The notes beneath the pieces were generated by a model. The model did not search any database and was not told where the DNA came from. It was given only the letters and a program-made list of their open reading frames with translations. Shown piece by piece: positions 37,401 to 49,129 of a stretch of DNA of 64,000 bases (within the stretch, counting starts at the first letter, position 1; every line of letters begins with the position of its first letter). Source of the stretch: Lama glama (lineage: Eukaryota). The translations under genes and the position numbers were made by a program. Location of the stretch: assembly GCA_028534125.1 (NCBI GenBank), contig CM052818.1, positions 26,786,001 to 26,850,000 of the forward strand. The letters are read 5' to 3'.

Positions 37401-40400
37401 GAATTGGCAGGGCTTAGTGATGGAATCTGGGGCAGGAGGGAGAGGGGAAACCCAGGGAGTTACAAACTTAGGCAGGCTCAGAGCACATGCTCATTTCCCT
37501 TATCACAGCCGGTAGCCAGGGAACAGTGTGATGCCGCTTTCTAAAGTTTTATACTTGGGATAAGATTCTTCGCCATGGCTTTTGTACAACCAGGAGGTGA
37601 TTAACTCTGAAGAGTGATCTGTTATGTTAGGCTGGGGAGTGGGAAGAGCTATCCTTTGTGATTTAAGAGTTTCTGTGAAGCAGACCCTTCTTATGCAGAA
37701 GGGGAGAGTCCTGTTTGTAACAGTCCGTTTCACTAGCCACATTAAAAGAAAGCAGAAGGCTGGGATTGGGTTGGGGAGCAGCAAACACTGAACCTCAGAA
37801 TAACAGTAGCATTTATTTTTAAGGTTTGTCAGCGATTTTACAGAAGTAGAACCAATTGGCTCAGGTGGATTTGGCCAAGTTTTCAAAGCAAAACACAGAA
37901 TTGATAAGAAGACGTATGTTATTAAACGTGTTAAATATGATAGCGAGTAAGTAGTAAATATTTTATTATTTTGAATGGGAAGGTATGTTGAACATGCACT
38001 ATTCTTTTTTATATATCTCTCTTCTTCATTAGCATATCATTTACTTTTTTCTAGTCCTCCTTAAAGATGTCATTCTGCCATCAGGAGCTTGGCTTACTCT
38101 GAAATGATCTTACTTTACCATGGTTATTCAATTAAAAAAATGGATATACCATTCATTATCCTTTTGAGGCTGTCTTGATGAAAACTGCAGCCGTAAAATC
38201 ATTTAACTTAAGATGATCTTTGAGATTTTCTAGTCTCATCTCCTTATCTTATAGATGAGGAGCCCGAGATCCAAAGATGTGAAATGATTTGTCAGAGGTA
38301 AAGCCTAGTTGGTAATGTTCGGATTGTCTGTTATTGCATAATACACCACTCCAAAATGTAGTGGCTTAAAAACACTGAGTTATTGCTATCTCCCACCGTC
38401 CTGTGGGTTGATTGTGCTCATCTGGGCCATTCTTCATGCATTTGCAGTCAGGAATCATCTGAGAGCTTGACTAGGCTGGACATCCAAGATGGCGCTCTCA
38501 CATGACCAGCAGTTGATGCTGGCTGCAGGCTGCAAGTTCAGTTAGGACTATTAACTAGAGCGCCTCCATGTGGCCCCTTTATGTGGTCTAGGTGTCTCAC
38601 AACCTAGTGGCTGGGTTCTAAAGACTGTCCCAGAGCAAGTCATCTCAGGGGGGGAGCAGCAAAGGCTACTTTTGACGTAGTCTTCGAAGTTCCACATTAT
38701 ATGGGTTAGACAAAGTCACTAAGGCCAGCTTGGATTCGAGGGGAGGGCAAATAGACTCTACGTCTTAATCTGAGGAGTGGATGTGTGTATGGGGAGAGAA
38801 GGAATTAATGACAACCATTTTTGGACACTATCTACTGTGTTAACAAGGTGGATATTCAGTATCATCCTCTGGAATACCAATCTACTGTCTCCCCACTATA
38901 ACCCATTACTTCCCATGTTCATTTTATGTATTATCTGTACCCTGCCCTGCCCTCAATGTTGCCCCCTAATTACTGGATAGCAGAAAGGACACTTATAGGA
39001 AGGAGGCCTTAAGTCACATGTTCACTAGTTCACCAGTCTTACTTGTTGTTTTCTGGCAGTTGTTACTGTTCATATCGTGGCCAGACTGATCCGTCAAGGA
39101 CTAGAGGAGGAGGTGGAAAAGGGATATAGGCTAAGGAAAATGACTTGAGCACAGGAGAAGCAGCATGGAGTCCTAGGTGCTCGGTCTCCAGTCAGACCAG
39201 CCTGTCTTCTGTCCCGTGGGCAATGCCTTGCTGCTGAAACACCTTCATACTCAGCATCAAAAGAAGGCTTTTTCCTTCTTCATTGCTTTGCTTAACAGGA
39301 ATGAAATACTGTTGTTCCTTCCATCCCACAACACCTTTTTTTTAATGGTAATACTTAATAAAGGTACAGTATCTTGAACATTTCTAGTGGCTTCATAAAT
39401 CGGTACAACACCATTAAAAATACACTTAGAGATGTTAATCTAGACCCATAAAAACGTTGATATGCTTTGACCCATGGGTTTCCTATGTGGGAACCTATTC
39501 TAAGGATATTACCCAGATTCTGGAAAAAACTCTAAGAGAAGATATAAATCACAGTGTCTTTTCTAACAGCGAAAAATTAGAACAAACAAAATGCTCATCA
39601 ATAAATGATTTAAGTGCGTTTTGTTCTCTCCCCTGATCAGTGGCTATTTTGTAGTCATTAAACATGAGGATTATACACTGTGAATATTTATACATGAAAT
39701 GATACGATGCTGGAAGTTATTTCAGAATAATCCAGGGGAAGATGAGAAAGTGGGTAACAGTATAAATGAAACTAGATGGCTAGGAGTTAATAACTGGTCC
39801 ATCTGATGAAACAGCAGTATGGGTCCATTCTACTATTTGCTCTGCCTTTTTATTTTTATTTTTTTCAGCATAGATTTATTTCCCTTTTTTTTAATTTTTT
39901 TTAACGTTTTTTATTGATTTATAATCATTTTACAATGTTGTGTCAAATTGCTCTGCCTTTTTATACTTTTGAAATCTTACATTAAAAAATTCATAGATGA
40001 TGGTTATACAGATTGTGCAATAACAAGGAAAATTGTAAAGATCATGTTATGTGGAAAAAATAGGATAAAAATTATATACTATAATTACAAATATATAAAA
40101 ATGTATCTGAAGAAAGCTTGTAAGAAATAATCTAAAATAATAACTATTTGTGTTAGGACTGTTGATATGAGTTATTTTTAAAATTTATTTTTATAAATTT
40201 TATGTCGTATAGAACTTTTCAAATTAAAAAAGAAATTATAAAATGTTTGCTTATCCTTTCTCATCCTTGAAGTCTCAGATTTATTTACTCCATTTAGCAT
40301 AGAATTGTCACAGCTCTGAACTACACATCCCTGTAAAGCTCCCATGCTGTGCAGTGAAATTTCAGTTTCTCTGCATAGATTACCCTCTTTGTATAATTTT

Positions 40401-43400
40401 GCCACACACTGAAAATTCTGAATTAGGTTCTTCATGTTGCTTGGGTTACCCACCCTTGCTGCCCAAATGGGGTTTGCTTATGAAATTGGAAGTGGTTTTA
40501 ACACAAATCCAAACGAACCACAATGGATGAGTTAGCACTGAAAAAAAAAATTGCATCACTGTCAGTTCAAAGACTACTACAAATGACTTTTAAATTGTTT
40601 GATGTTTGGAATAATTTAAGCTACTGTTATTTTCTTTTATGTTGAAAGTGAGAACAGCTCTGTTTTTTCTGTGTGTTCATTTTTTCTTTTTGACTGTTTC
40701 TGGCTTCCATTCTGAAATTCAGTGTGGGAACCATGGCAACTATTTAGTAAGGGAGTGGAGGTAGCTGTCTCCTGTTGCTTGAGGTGTTTTGCTGTTGTGA
40801 TCAGGGATGGATACTGATGCTTTTATGTTTCCTGTTTTTTTTTTAAACTAGGAAGGTAGAGCGTGAAGTGAAAGCTTTGGCAACACTTAATCACGTAAAT
40901 ATTGTTCACTACCACAGTTGTTGGGATGGCTATGATTATGATCCTGAGAAAAGCATAAATACTTCAAGGTAACTAAAAACAAATTCAAATAAATAAACTA
41001 ATAAGTAATTAAATGGGAAAAATTAAGAAAAAAATAAATAAAAAGAAATTCTCATAGCCATAATAGGATGAAGGAAACTCATTTACTATCTGTGGGCCAC
41101 CAAATGAGACCATTAATTATTACATTTAATAATAACTAGAAACACCTTGCATAACTCATGTTTTTTCCTCAGGTAAGCCACTGCAAAAGGACGGAGGGAT
41201 TTTAAAGACCTGGCACCTCACTTTGAAAGTCACCCAGTGTTTCCTGGGGACAGTCCTTTCCGTGCAGTCCTGAGGCCACTGTGGGCCTGTCCATTCACCA
41301 TCTCCTGAGTCCTGACTCCAACCCCATCTCCACCCAGTGTAACAGCGTCAGCTTTAGGAGTACCATCAGCATATGGACTTCTTCAGCTTTCTGCAAATTC
41401 CTGGCTCCCTTTTTCTATTTTCTAGCCAACATGTGCTCAAAGAATTTAAATTAATATTGAGGCCAGCTTAGTTCAGAAAAAAAAGCAACCACCATGGTTA
41501 GCAGAATCAGTCCTCCCTGTTAGACCACATAGCAGTTTGTCGGCACTTCTCTTGGGGTTCCTATCCTTGTACTATTGTTTTAGGTTTGTTTTTCCTTTAT
41601 CTCTCTCCTGTTAAACTATATATAATCCTCATGACAGCAAGGATAGTATCTAATTCATTTTCTTATCATTAGGTGCCTATTCTGTGGCTTTCACAAAATA
41701 GATACTCAGTAAAGCTATGGTCAATTAAAATGTTTTAAAATTACTGTATACAATAATGAAATTCGGTTTTCTGCAATTCCATTGTATTTATACTCCTGTT
41801 CCCATTAGCAAAGATAATCAAGGACCTTTGGCATTAAATAATGGGTAGGCTCTTACTTTATAACCTAGCTAAATGAATAAAGCTTTGGATAACTTAAGGT
41901 TTAAATAAAAAATGGTCTATTATGTTTTGATTCAAGTTTATTATCTTTAGATTTCTGTTGTGAGACGTTTTGGCATTTTTAAGAAGGTGTAATTTTTTAA
42001 TGTATTTTTAAGTGTATTTTTTATAAATTTATTTATATTGCTACTTCTAACATAATGTGAATTTTATACCCAGATCAAAGACTAGGTGCCTTTTCATCCA
42101 AATGGAATACTGTGATAAAGGGACATTGGAGCAATGGATTGACAGTAGAAGAGGCAAGAAACCAAACAAACGTTTGGCTTTGGAATTCTTTGAAAAAATA
42201 ACAGCAGGAGTGCACTATATACATTCAAATCAGTTAATTCATAGAGACCTTAAGGTAAGTGGAAAATGTGCTTTGTTAGAAATTGATAAATATAATTTAT
42301 TAATTTAGAAATCTGATTTTAGAATCAATAGTCATGAGGAAGTAACATGTCTGATCCTCTAAGGTTAGGATGTATCTAGAACCTGCCCCAGATGCCAGTC
42401 TGCAGACCCACTCAGAAAATCTCCAGGGCTAAGTGAACTGTGAGATCCTGAGTGCTGTAGGAAGCAGCTCATTCACTTCTGGTCCTGTTTGTCATGCTGG
42501 CCGATAGTCACGCCCCAGTTGTAAACACTAACAGCTTTAGTACATGGAACATTTCCATGCGGATAATTATTATGGCTGACACAGCCAGTTGGCCACTCTG
42601 TCTCTGCCTCTACTGCCACTCAGGCTTGTCTGAGAGGCAGAAGGGATGCTAGTGACTGGGGTTTTGGGAACATGTTTCTCTTAATCTTTCAGTCATTACT
42701 CTTGAGAGCAGTCATTACTGGGTCCAGAGTCTAGAATTTTTTGGCATTTGGTTAGACATCTCTGCCCCATGATGGGAAAATTGCAATAATCCAGACTTTG
42801 GAACACGGAGCATAGCTTCATATTTTCATTTTCTTCTGGTTCCCAGCTTCTTCCGTGGTCTGGAAGAGCAGTTTTCCCATTTCCTCCTCAGAATGAAAGG
42901 AGAGAGACAGAAGAGCTCTCCAGTCTGTCCTCCACGCCCCACTCCCTGTGACTTGCCTTCTCTCATTACAAACTGGCCAAGCTGAATCCTGTCACCAAAC
43001 CTGTGCCCCTGTTCTTGCGTGGGACACTCTTCTGCCTGTCCCCTCTGGTCCCGAATTCTTTATGTGTCTTTCCTGATCACTCTGGATCAGCTAGGAGCAC
43101 TTTGTCTGAATGGACCTTGGCTGTCTGCTTACCCTACCTTTCTAAAACAGCCAGGATTGAGAAACAAACAAAAAGTTCTTTGAGAAAAACAGGCACCCCT
43201 GTACATGGTTGTTTATTGTTCCTACGTAGGAAAAAATGGCCCTTGAGAGGTATCACATCCTTGGTCTGTCTAGGGGCTAGACGTCTTGATGCCTTCATGT
43301 TGGAGTCCACCTGGTTCCAATATCTCTTTTTAACAGTATCTGAAGGTGTTCTTTGAAGTTGAAATGATGAAAGGACTATGCTCAAAATGGCATACTTAGA

Positions 43401-46400
43401 ATGACCGTACCTTCACTTTGAAATAATTCAGATATAGAGTTAAAGAAGAAATAAGGCACAATTATCTATTTATACAATCATTTGCAAATAAATTATCTAT
43501 TTACACAATCATCTCCTCTGCTTATGCAGAGGTTTGGGTATGACCTCCCAGGTCCTCCTCAGGATGAGTTAGTGAAGTTCTAATAAGTGTGGAGGGGACA
43601 CTCCCTTCTCCCACCGCCTGGTCGGCCAGCTCCCTCCCGTATCCCGAGTCTTCTGTGTCTGTTTGCAGATAATGTTTGCTCTATGTCTGCTGGTGCTCGG
43701 AGGTCACACTTTAATACAACTGAGCCTTTTTTTCATCTTCTACAACTTTTCTAGCTTCACTGTTACAGTTACTACTTTCTCATATCTGAGGGAAGATACA
43801 AGCAAAGGCACACACTTTATTTCATGGTGCTTTGGCAGAGAACGGTCTGCCAAATCAACCACCATTTACTGCTTTCTGTCAGAGTCTTAAGAACTAGACC
43901 AAAGATGCTGGTGAGGAATACAGAGGTTTCTGAAGTGAGGGCTTACTGTCTGAGGAAGTGCAGTCCCCCAAGGCCCAGGCTCCTTGGTCAGCCTCTGCCC
44001 GGGCATTAGCCATTATTCCTGTACTTCCTGTATAAAGTTTGCACTCTTTTTTAAGCTCTACCACCCAACATTTTGCCTAATGACACCTTAACTGATTAGA
44101 CAAAATACGACATCACTGTTTTCCTTTTTCTTTTTAATGACGATAAACAAGCAAGCTAATGTTTTTACCAAACAGTCCTGTCCATCTTATATGTTTAGAC
44201 AGTATCGTAAGTGCAACCTCCTGTTTCTCAGAGTCAGCTTGTAACCTTGTGTGCACTTGCAAACCAGACAGATTCCTACACTGTGACATGAATACTGCAG
44301 AGGCACGGTTTCTCTCCACCCCACACCCTGCAACAGCTTTCCATCTATCTGTGTTACTGGCAGTTGGTTCCAGTCTAACCGTCGGTTCTGATTGAACTGC
44401 TGATTTCTCCATGGGGTGGTTCTTGCAAGCTCCTCGTTCAGCCTGCTTGGGCTTATAGTCTCTTCTCTTTTAATTACTTTTCTAGACCCTCGTAAGTGCT
44501 GTCTCCTAGAGTCTGAGTGCATGTGTGTGTATAGCTCAACATTGCATTGAATATAGCCTTTTTCGAGGATGGCAAAATATTAATTTCCTCATTAGCAACC
44601 TTCCTGTTTTCAGAGTCTTTAGAATATGGGTCAATACCTCCTACAAAGTTTCATAGTAAGATGAATTCCCCTCTTTCTGTTCTTTACTTTTTTCACTCTG
44701 CTTGAAGAATTACATAGGGAAAAATATTTCAGTCCTGGTTACTAGCTCCCAGTTAACTTGGTTTGCCTTCAAGTACAGAGGGGGTGTTTTTTTGAGGAAG
44801 TTGTCAGAGGCCTGGAGAAATGGACGTAAAGGAAACTCCGAGAGGAAATTCTGCACAGGACATTCTGCAGCATTACTGGGAATAGCTTCACTCTGAGAAT
44901 TTCAAAATTGGAAGGGATCTTAAGGGTGTCTACTTCAATCCCCATAAAATCCTGGACTCGTATTTGCAACGTTTCCACCAAGTGGGCATCTAGCCCTGTC
45001 TTGAACACTTCCTGGGATGGGGAACTCTCTAACTCCCATTCTTTGGACCACACGATTAGTATACTGGGATATTTAATAGCAAATCGTGTGGCCCTTTTCA
45101 CCCTCGAGTCCTGGATCCTGAGACCATGCAGAGTGAAGCCACCTTCCACTTATCTTCAGATATTTGAAGGCAGCTTTGCCCCAAGCCTTCTCTGCTGTCA
45201 GCTAAAAATTCCTTACTTCCTTGGCTAGCATTTTAAAGACTGATAATATTAAATTTCCTGTTTTGGGCTACCTGTGTAAGGTAAACATAAAAATACATAA
45301 ATATAAAAATAACTGTTACTAAGTATGATTTGGTGATAAGTGATGACAGTGAACTGGTACTTAAAAATCAATTTTTTTTTCTGTAGCCAAGTAACATATT
45401 TTTAGTAGATACAAACCAAATAAAGATTGGAGACTTTGGACTTGTAACATCCCTGAAAAATGATAACATGCGGACAACTGAAAAGGGAACTAAGCGATAC
45501 ATGAGCCCAGAGCAGGTGAGATCCCCTTCCTTTCTGCTTATATATTATTTTACCGCTTTCATTTTCTTAACTATAAAAATAATAGACACCTCTCATGAAA
45601 TTAAAACAGTACAGAAGTAAATTGAATAAAAATGAAAAAGTATCCTTAACCTTTTCTTCGATTCCTGCTCTTCTTACTATAGTTTGTGGCTTATCCTTTT
45701 AGATCAGTTTCTGTGAGTTATAAAGAATATACAAAAAAAAAAAAAGAATATACAGACACAAATAGATATTTACAGAGACTTTCTTTACATAAAAATATAC
45801 ATAAGTACATTTTTATAAGGATGCTATAATGTTATTTTGTGACTTGATTTTTCTAACTCAACAAGATATCATAATGTTTCCAAATCTGTACAGATAGACC
45901 TGACACATTCTTTTTAACAACCTTATTGTATGCCAAAGTATAGATATACCACAACTCATTTAACTACTTCCTTATTGATGGGCGTTTATTTAGGTTGTTT
46001 CCAATGCTTTATTTTTACAGACACGTCATGTGTCTTCCCCCTAATCTTTGGGTCTAAAAATAAATATTTCTATGATAATCAATGATAGATTCTTTGAAAT
46101 GAAATTATTGATTAGAATGACAGATGCACTTCAAAGCTGATAAATGGTGAAACTGTCATTCAAAAGAAGTGATTGCTCTCCTGCTGAAGTGTATGAGAAC
46201 GCTGCTTCCTCCCTCATACTCTCAGTCGGACTAGGGTATTACCAGACAGGTCAGTGAGATGAGTGAAGTGTAGCTTGCTTTTTTAGTTTGCATTTTCCAG
46301 GTTTTTAGTAAGGTAGGTCATTGTTACATGTATTAACTTAAAATTTTTCTGCAAATTCTGTATTCATACCTTTCCTTATTTTTCTTAATTAAGTTATCTT

Positions 46401-48751
46401 TTTCTAATTTATTTGTAAAGAATCTTTATATATTTGGGGTATTGATGAGGTATCTGTTAATTATGTCACAATTTTTTTCCTTATCACTTTTTATTTCTTC
46501 ATTTATAAGGTGGCATAGAAGCTTTTAAGTTGTCACGTTTATCAATATTTCTTTATAGTTTCTAGGTTAATCATTTTTATTTTGGAGATCCTTCCTACCA
46601 TAAGACTATAAAAACATTTTGTGTTTTTGCTGATACTTTAGTTGAATTAATTTTTGTATATATACGTGAAGAAGGGATATAACTTGATTTTCCCATGTGG
46701 TTATACAGTTACTTCATCCCCATGTATCAAAGAGTTGATTACTTAAAATAATATTTTAAGGAAAATTCACAAAGACAAAAAGTAGAACAGAGGTTACTAG
46801 GGGCTGGGGGGAAGGAGGAATGGGAAGATGTTATGTAATGGGTACATTGTCTGTTTGAAATGATGAAAAAGCTCTGGAAATAGGTAGTGGTGATGGTTAC
46901 ACAACATTGTGAAGGCACTTAATAATCATCCCTTCTCCTGCTGACGGACATTGGGATTGCTTCCCGTTGTGGAATATGATGACTAAATCTGATAAGAATA
47001 TTTGCATGCAAGTCATTTACTGGGCATGATTTTAACTGCTTTACCTGCTGCGTCTCATTTAGCCAAACAGTCAAACTCAGGTTAAAACTGTTACTTCCAT
47101 TTTATGGTTGAGATTATTCCCACACTGATGGTTAGTTACGCAGATGATACAACTACTCAGTGACAGAGATTTGAAGCTGGCCATTCAGACTACATATCTT
47201 GCTCATAAACATACATTGTTGTGTGATGTATTTTGGTTAGATGACTTTTTGGCCTCAGATGGCATGAATATTTACATCAGTTGAGTCACAAGTGTGACTA
47301 TATTTTGATTTTCTTCAGGATTCTTCTGAAGACTATGGAAATGAAGTGGATATCTTTCCTTTGGGGCTTATTCTTGCAGAACTTCTTTATATATGTCCCA
47401 CTTTTTCGGAAACAGTGAAGGTAAATAATCTCACAGAAAGAATTAAGCAGCAAAAATTATTGGCCATCATGTCCAAGTGTTGCTGCAGACAGCCATTGCT
47501 CTCCTGTGAGAATGGGTGGGAGCCTATGAGTGTTGTATGCCAATGAAATAGGAATTTTTATCTCTTTCAAGTTTGAGCAACCAAAACTTTTTGTTAAAGA
47601 TCAAAAACTTTGGTCTTCATTGGGAAGTGTGTACATCTCATAAAATTGTAGTTGTTTCTTCCTATTTGAATCAGTGTGTAAAATTTACTGGATTGCCTGC
47701 TTTGCCTAAGACCCCATGCCAAGCACTCCAAGCGTTTTGAAAATGAATAAGCCTTGTTCTCAAGGAGCTTACATTCTAAAAGGGAAGATAATATAAGAGA
47801 ATGCCATAAATGTTTTAGGAGAAGGCATGAAGGCTTATGAAAGCAGCTATGAGGGAGGTCTTGCCAGATGGAGGGATTTAGGTTAATGGGAGGCATTTAA
47901 ATTGGGCTCTGAAGAATCAGTTGGCTTCTAATAGTCCAAGTTTGAAAGATGGGGATGCTAGCATGGAGACAGGAATGTGAAGAGTGTGTTTGGGAATAGC
48001 TGGCAGTGTCATTTTCATTGGAGGGTATAAGTCAAGGAAGTGATGGCTGGTGTTACTGGAAAGCTATACTGCAGCTAAACTAAGGCAAGAATATGCACTT
48101 TCTTGGGGAGGCAGTGGAGAGTCATGAAAGGCTTCAGGCAACTGGATATCCTAATCTGAAGCTCAGTAAAAGGGGCTTGCCTGGAGTTGACAGCCTCTTC
48201 CTCTATGAAACAGGGATAATGAAAATACTTATTGCAGAGGGTTCCAAAAAGAATGAAGGAAGACAATTCATATGATGCTCCTAACACTTCAACATGCTGT
48301 AATGTTCAGGATGGTTATTACACAGGGTGGGTGGGGGAGAGGATTCCTGCTTGCTTCTTGGCTACAGAAATTTCCCGATGATCTAGAAATAACCTCAATT
48401 TAGGGTATCCCCAGCCTTTAGTGCTTTCTCAGTTTGCTTTTTTTCCCCTCCAAAGTATATAACTTCCTAATGAGTGTATATATGTTTAATTTTTAGATGT
48501 TTGACAAACTAAGAGCTGGCATTTTCTTAGACGTATTTGACAACAAAGAAGTAAGCCCTTAAAAATCATCGGAATTTTATTTATTGAAATGTTTTATTTC
48601 TTAGTATTGACTCTCACTGTCATTACAGAAAGATCTTCTACAGAAATTACTCTCAAAAGAACCCAAGAAACGACCTGACACATCCGAAATACTGAAGACT
48701 TTGAAGGAGTGGAATAATGTTACAGAGGAAAAGAAACGAAACACGTATTAG
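25372..48751 (+). CDS. EIF2AK2: Interferon-induced dsRNA-activated protein kinase PKR, complete (15 coding exons, 531 aa)
   Basis: All exons are GT-AG and in frame (sum 1596 nt). They encode two dsRBMs, a Ser-rich linker and an eIF2-alpha kinase domain with GSGGFG, VIK, HRDLKPSN, DFG and GTxRYMSPE. Confidence 0.98.
25857..25977 (+). CDS. EIF2AK2: PKR exon 4 (FTYQVIID...[15 protein letters not shown]...HK)
   Basis: dsRBM1 C-half, 121 nt, GT-AG. Confidence 0.96.
27554..27693 (+). CDS. EIF2AK2: PKR exon 5 (TINPSS...[12 protein letters not shown]...DGPE)
   Basis: dsRBM2 N-half, 140 nt. Confidence 0.93.
29490..29613 (+). CDS. EIF2AK2: PKR exon 6 (FHYKCKIG...[16 protein letters not shown]...LM)
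   Basis: dsRBM2 C-half, 124 nt. Confidence 0.94.
29813..29956 (-). mobile_element. Camelid tRNA-derived SINE
   Basis: Antisense head and tail; TSD GGTTGTTTTTT at about 29802-29812 and 29960-29970. Confidence 0.88.
30127..30206 (+). CDS. EIF2AK2: PKR exon 7 ([10 protein letters not shown]...STS)
   Basis: TTTCAG acceptor, GTAAGT donor, 80 nt, Ser-rich linker. Confidence 0.9.
30375..30456 (+). CDS. EIF2AK2: PKR exon 8 ([11 protein letters not shown]...LSPL)
   Basis: CTTCTAG acceptor, TTG|GTATAG donor, 82 nt, restores phase 0. Confidence 0.85.
30747..30873 (+). mobile_element. Camelid tRNA-derived SINE
   Basis: TATAGCTCAGTGGTAGAG...GGGTTCAATCCCCAGTACCTCC plus tail; TSD ATTGGA(C/G)AGTACTT. Confidence 0.9.
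31580..34195 (-). mobile_element. L1 5'UTR + ORF1 (frameshifted), lacking ORF2 and the 3' end
   Basis: ORF 31708-32220(-) [19 protein letters not shown]...QEAQRVP...RLSADFS...[12 protein letters not shown] is L1 ORF1p; its N-terminus is in 32417-32605(-); GC-rich 5'UTR starting GGGAAAGGTGCCAAGATG. Confidence 0.95.
34661..35014 (-). mobile_element. Retroviral LTR fragment (PPT-U3-R-polyA), apparently retrotransposed by L1
   Basis: Minus strand reads AGGGAGAA|TGTTGG start, CCAAT boxes, TATA-like TTTATAG, then AATAAA 20 nt before an A-run; flanked by a 16-bp direct repeat with 1 mismatch. Confidence 0.7.
35033..35067 (+). CDS. EIF2AK2: PKR exon 9 ([12 protein letters not shown]), basic linker
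   Basis: 35-nt micro-exon with AG|GTGAGT donor; matches recalled human NGLRNNQRKAKR. Confidence 0.9.
36145..36210 (+). CDS. EIF2AK2: PKR exon 10 (FLAPTFDSP...YSMDPR)
   Basis: 66 nt, CAG|GTAAGA donor. Confidence 0.92.
37824..37946 (+). CDS. EIF2AK2: PKR exon 11 (FVSDF...[27 protein letters not shown])
   Basis: Gly-rich loop and catalytic Lys, 123 nt. Confidence 0.97.
38320..38830 (-). mobile_element. MaLR MLT1-type solo LTR
   Basis: CACTCCAAAATGTAGTGGCTTAAAA...CATCCAAGATGGC...AAAGTCACTAAGGCCAGC hallmarks. Confidence 0.75.
39854..39947 (-). mobile_element. Severely 5'-truncated young L1 with a short 3' transduction
   Basis: 39885-39947 matches the L1 end at 14570-14628; 17-bp TSD TTGCTCTGCCTTTTTAT at 39837-39853 and 39948-39964. 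Confidence 0.85.
40852..40968 (+). CDS. EIF2AK2: PKR exon 12 ([20 protein letters not shown]...[11 protein letters not shown])
   Basis: Helix C and kinase insert, 117 nt. Confidence 0.95.
42074..42254 (+). CDS. EIF2AK2: PKR exon 13 ([18 protein letters not shown]...IHRDLK)
   Basis: LFIQME and HRDLK motifs, 181 nt. Confidence 0.97.
44870..45230 (-). mobile_element. CR1/L3-like 3' fragment
   Basis: TTGGAAGGGATCTTAAGG...CTTGAACACTTCCTGGGATGGGGAACTC hallmark. Confidence 0.55.
45387..45515 (+). CDS. EIF2AK2: PKR exon 14 (PSNIFL...[28 protein letters not shown])
   Basis: DFG and activation loop, 129 nt. Confidence 0.97.
45830..46920. mobile_element. Old L1 fragments (mostly antisense)
   Basis: Degenerate L1ME/L1MB-like phrases. 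Confidence 0.6.
47319..47420 (+). CDS. EIF2AK2: PKR exon 15 ([34 protein letters not shown])
   Basis: Helices F-G, 102 nt. Confidence 0.96.
48497..48550 (+). CDS. EIF2AK2: PKR exon 16 ([18 protein letters not shown])
   Basis: 54 nt, GT-AG. Confidence 0.94.
48629..48751 (+). CDS. EIF2AK2: PKR last coding exon ([16 protein letters not shown]...KRNTY*)
   Basis: Subdomain XI Arg, stop TAG at 48749-48751. Confidence 0.95.
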   Translation, partial: KDLLQKLLSKEPKKRPDTSEILKTLKEWNNVTEEKKRNTY

Positions 48752-49014
48752 ATGCTAAAAAAGTATCCTGCTTCTGGCATTTGATCCTATAACTGTCTAA
48801 AATCTGCTAGGGAATATTGTTGACATTCACCTTCTATTTTCATCTTCCCTTAATTTCTTGCCACATTTGCAGAAAGGTTTCCATTTTTTTCTTATTTCTA
48901 AAACATTCTTACATTTGACTTTTTCCTGGTTCATCTCCTTATTGTGAAGATGGGGAAGAGAAAAAGAAATCTCTCAAATTTTCTTTTTCAAATCAATTAG
49001 TGGATCAATTAATT

Positions 49015-49020
49015 AATAAA
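49015..49020 (+). terminator. Candidate proximal PKR polyadenylation signal AATAAA
   Basis: First AATAAA after the stop; sits in an L2-like tail. Confidence 0.4.
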
Positions 49021-49129
49021 TATTTATTAAATGCCTACTGTTCCTAGGCCAAAAAATGTAAGATCTATCCCTGTCTTAAATAGCTAACAATCCAGTTGGA
49101 GAAGTATGGGTAACATGAAAAGACAAGTG

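Noticed and set aside
40852..40968. Kinase insert about 14 aa shorter than in human PKR
   Set aside because: I recall the short insert also in mouse; the longer human form looks like a duplication, so this is probably the ancestral state
43461..43513. 22-bp direct repeat AATTATCTATTTA(T/C)ACAATCAT
   Set aside because: Simple local duplication with two copies only; not an array
44134..44522. Overlapping minus-strand ORFs in PKR intron 13
   Set aside because: No splice-supported exon or clear domain; probably decayed ancient LINE sequence next to the L3-like fragment
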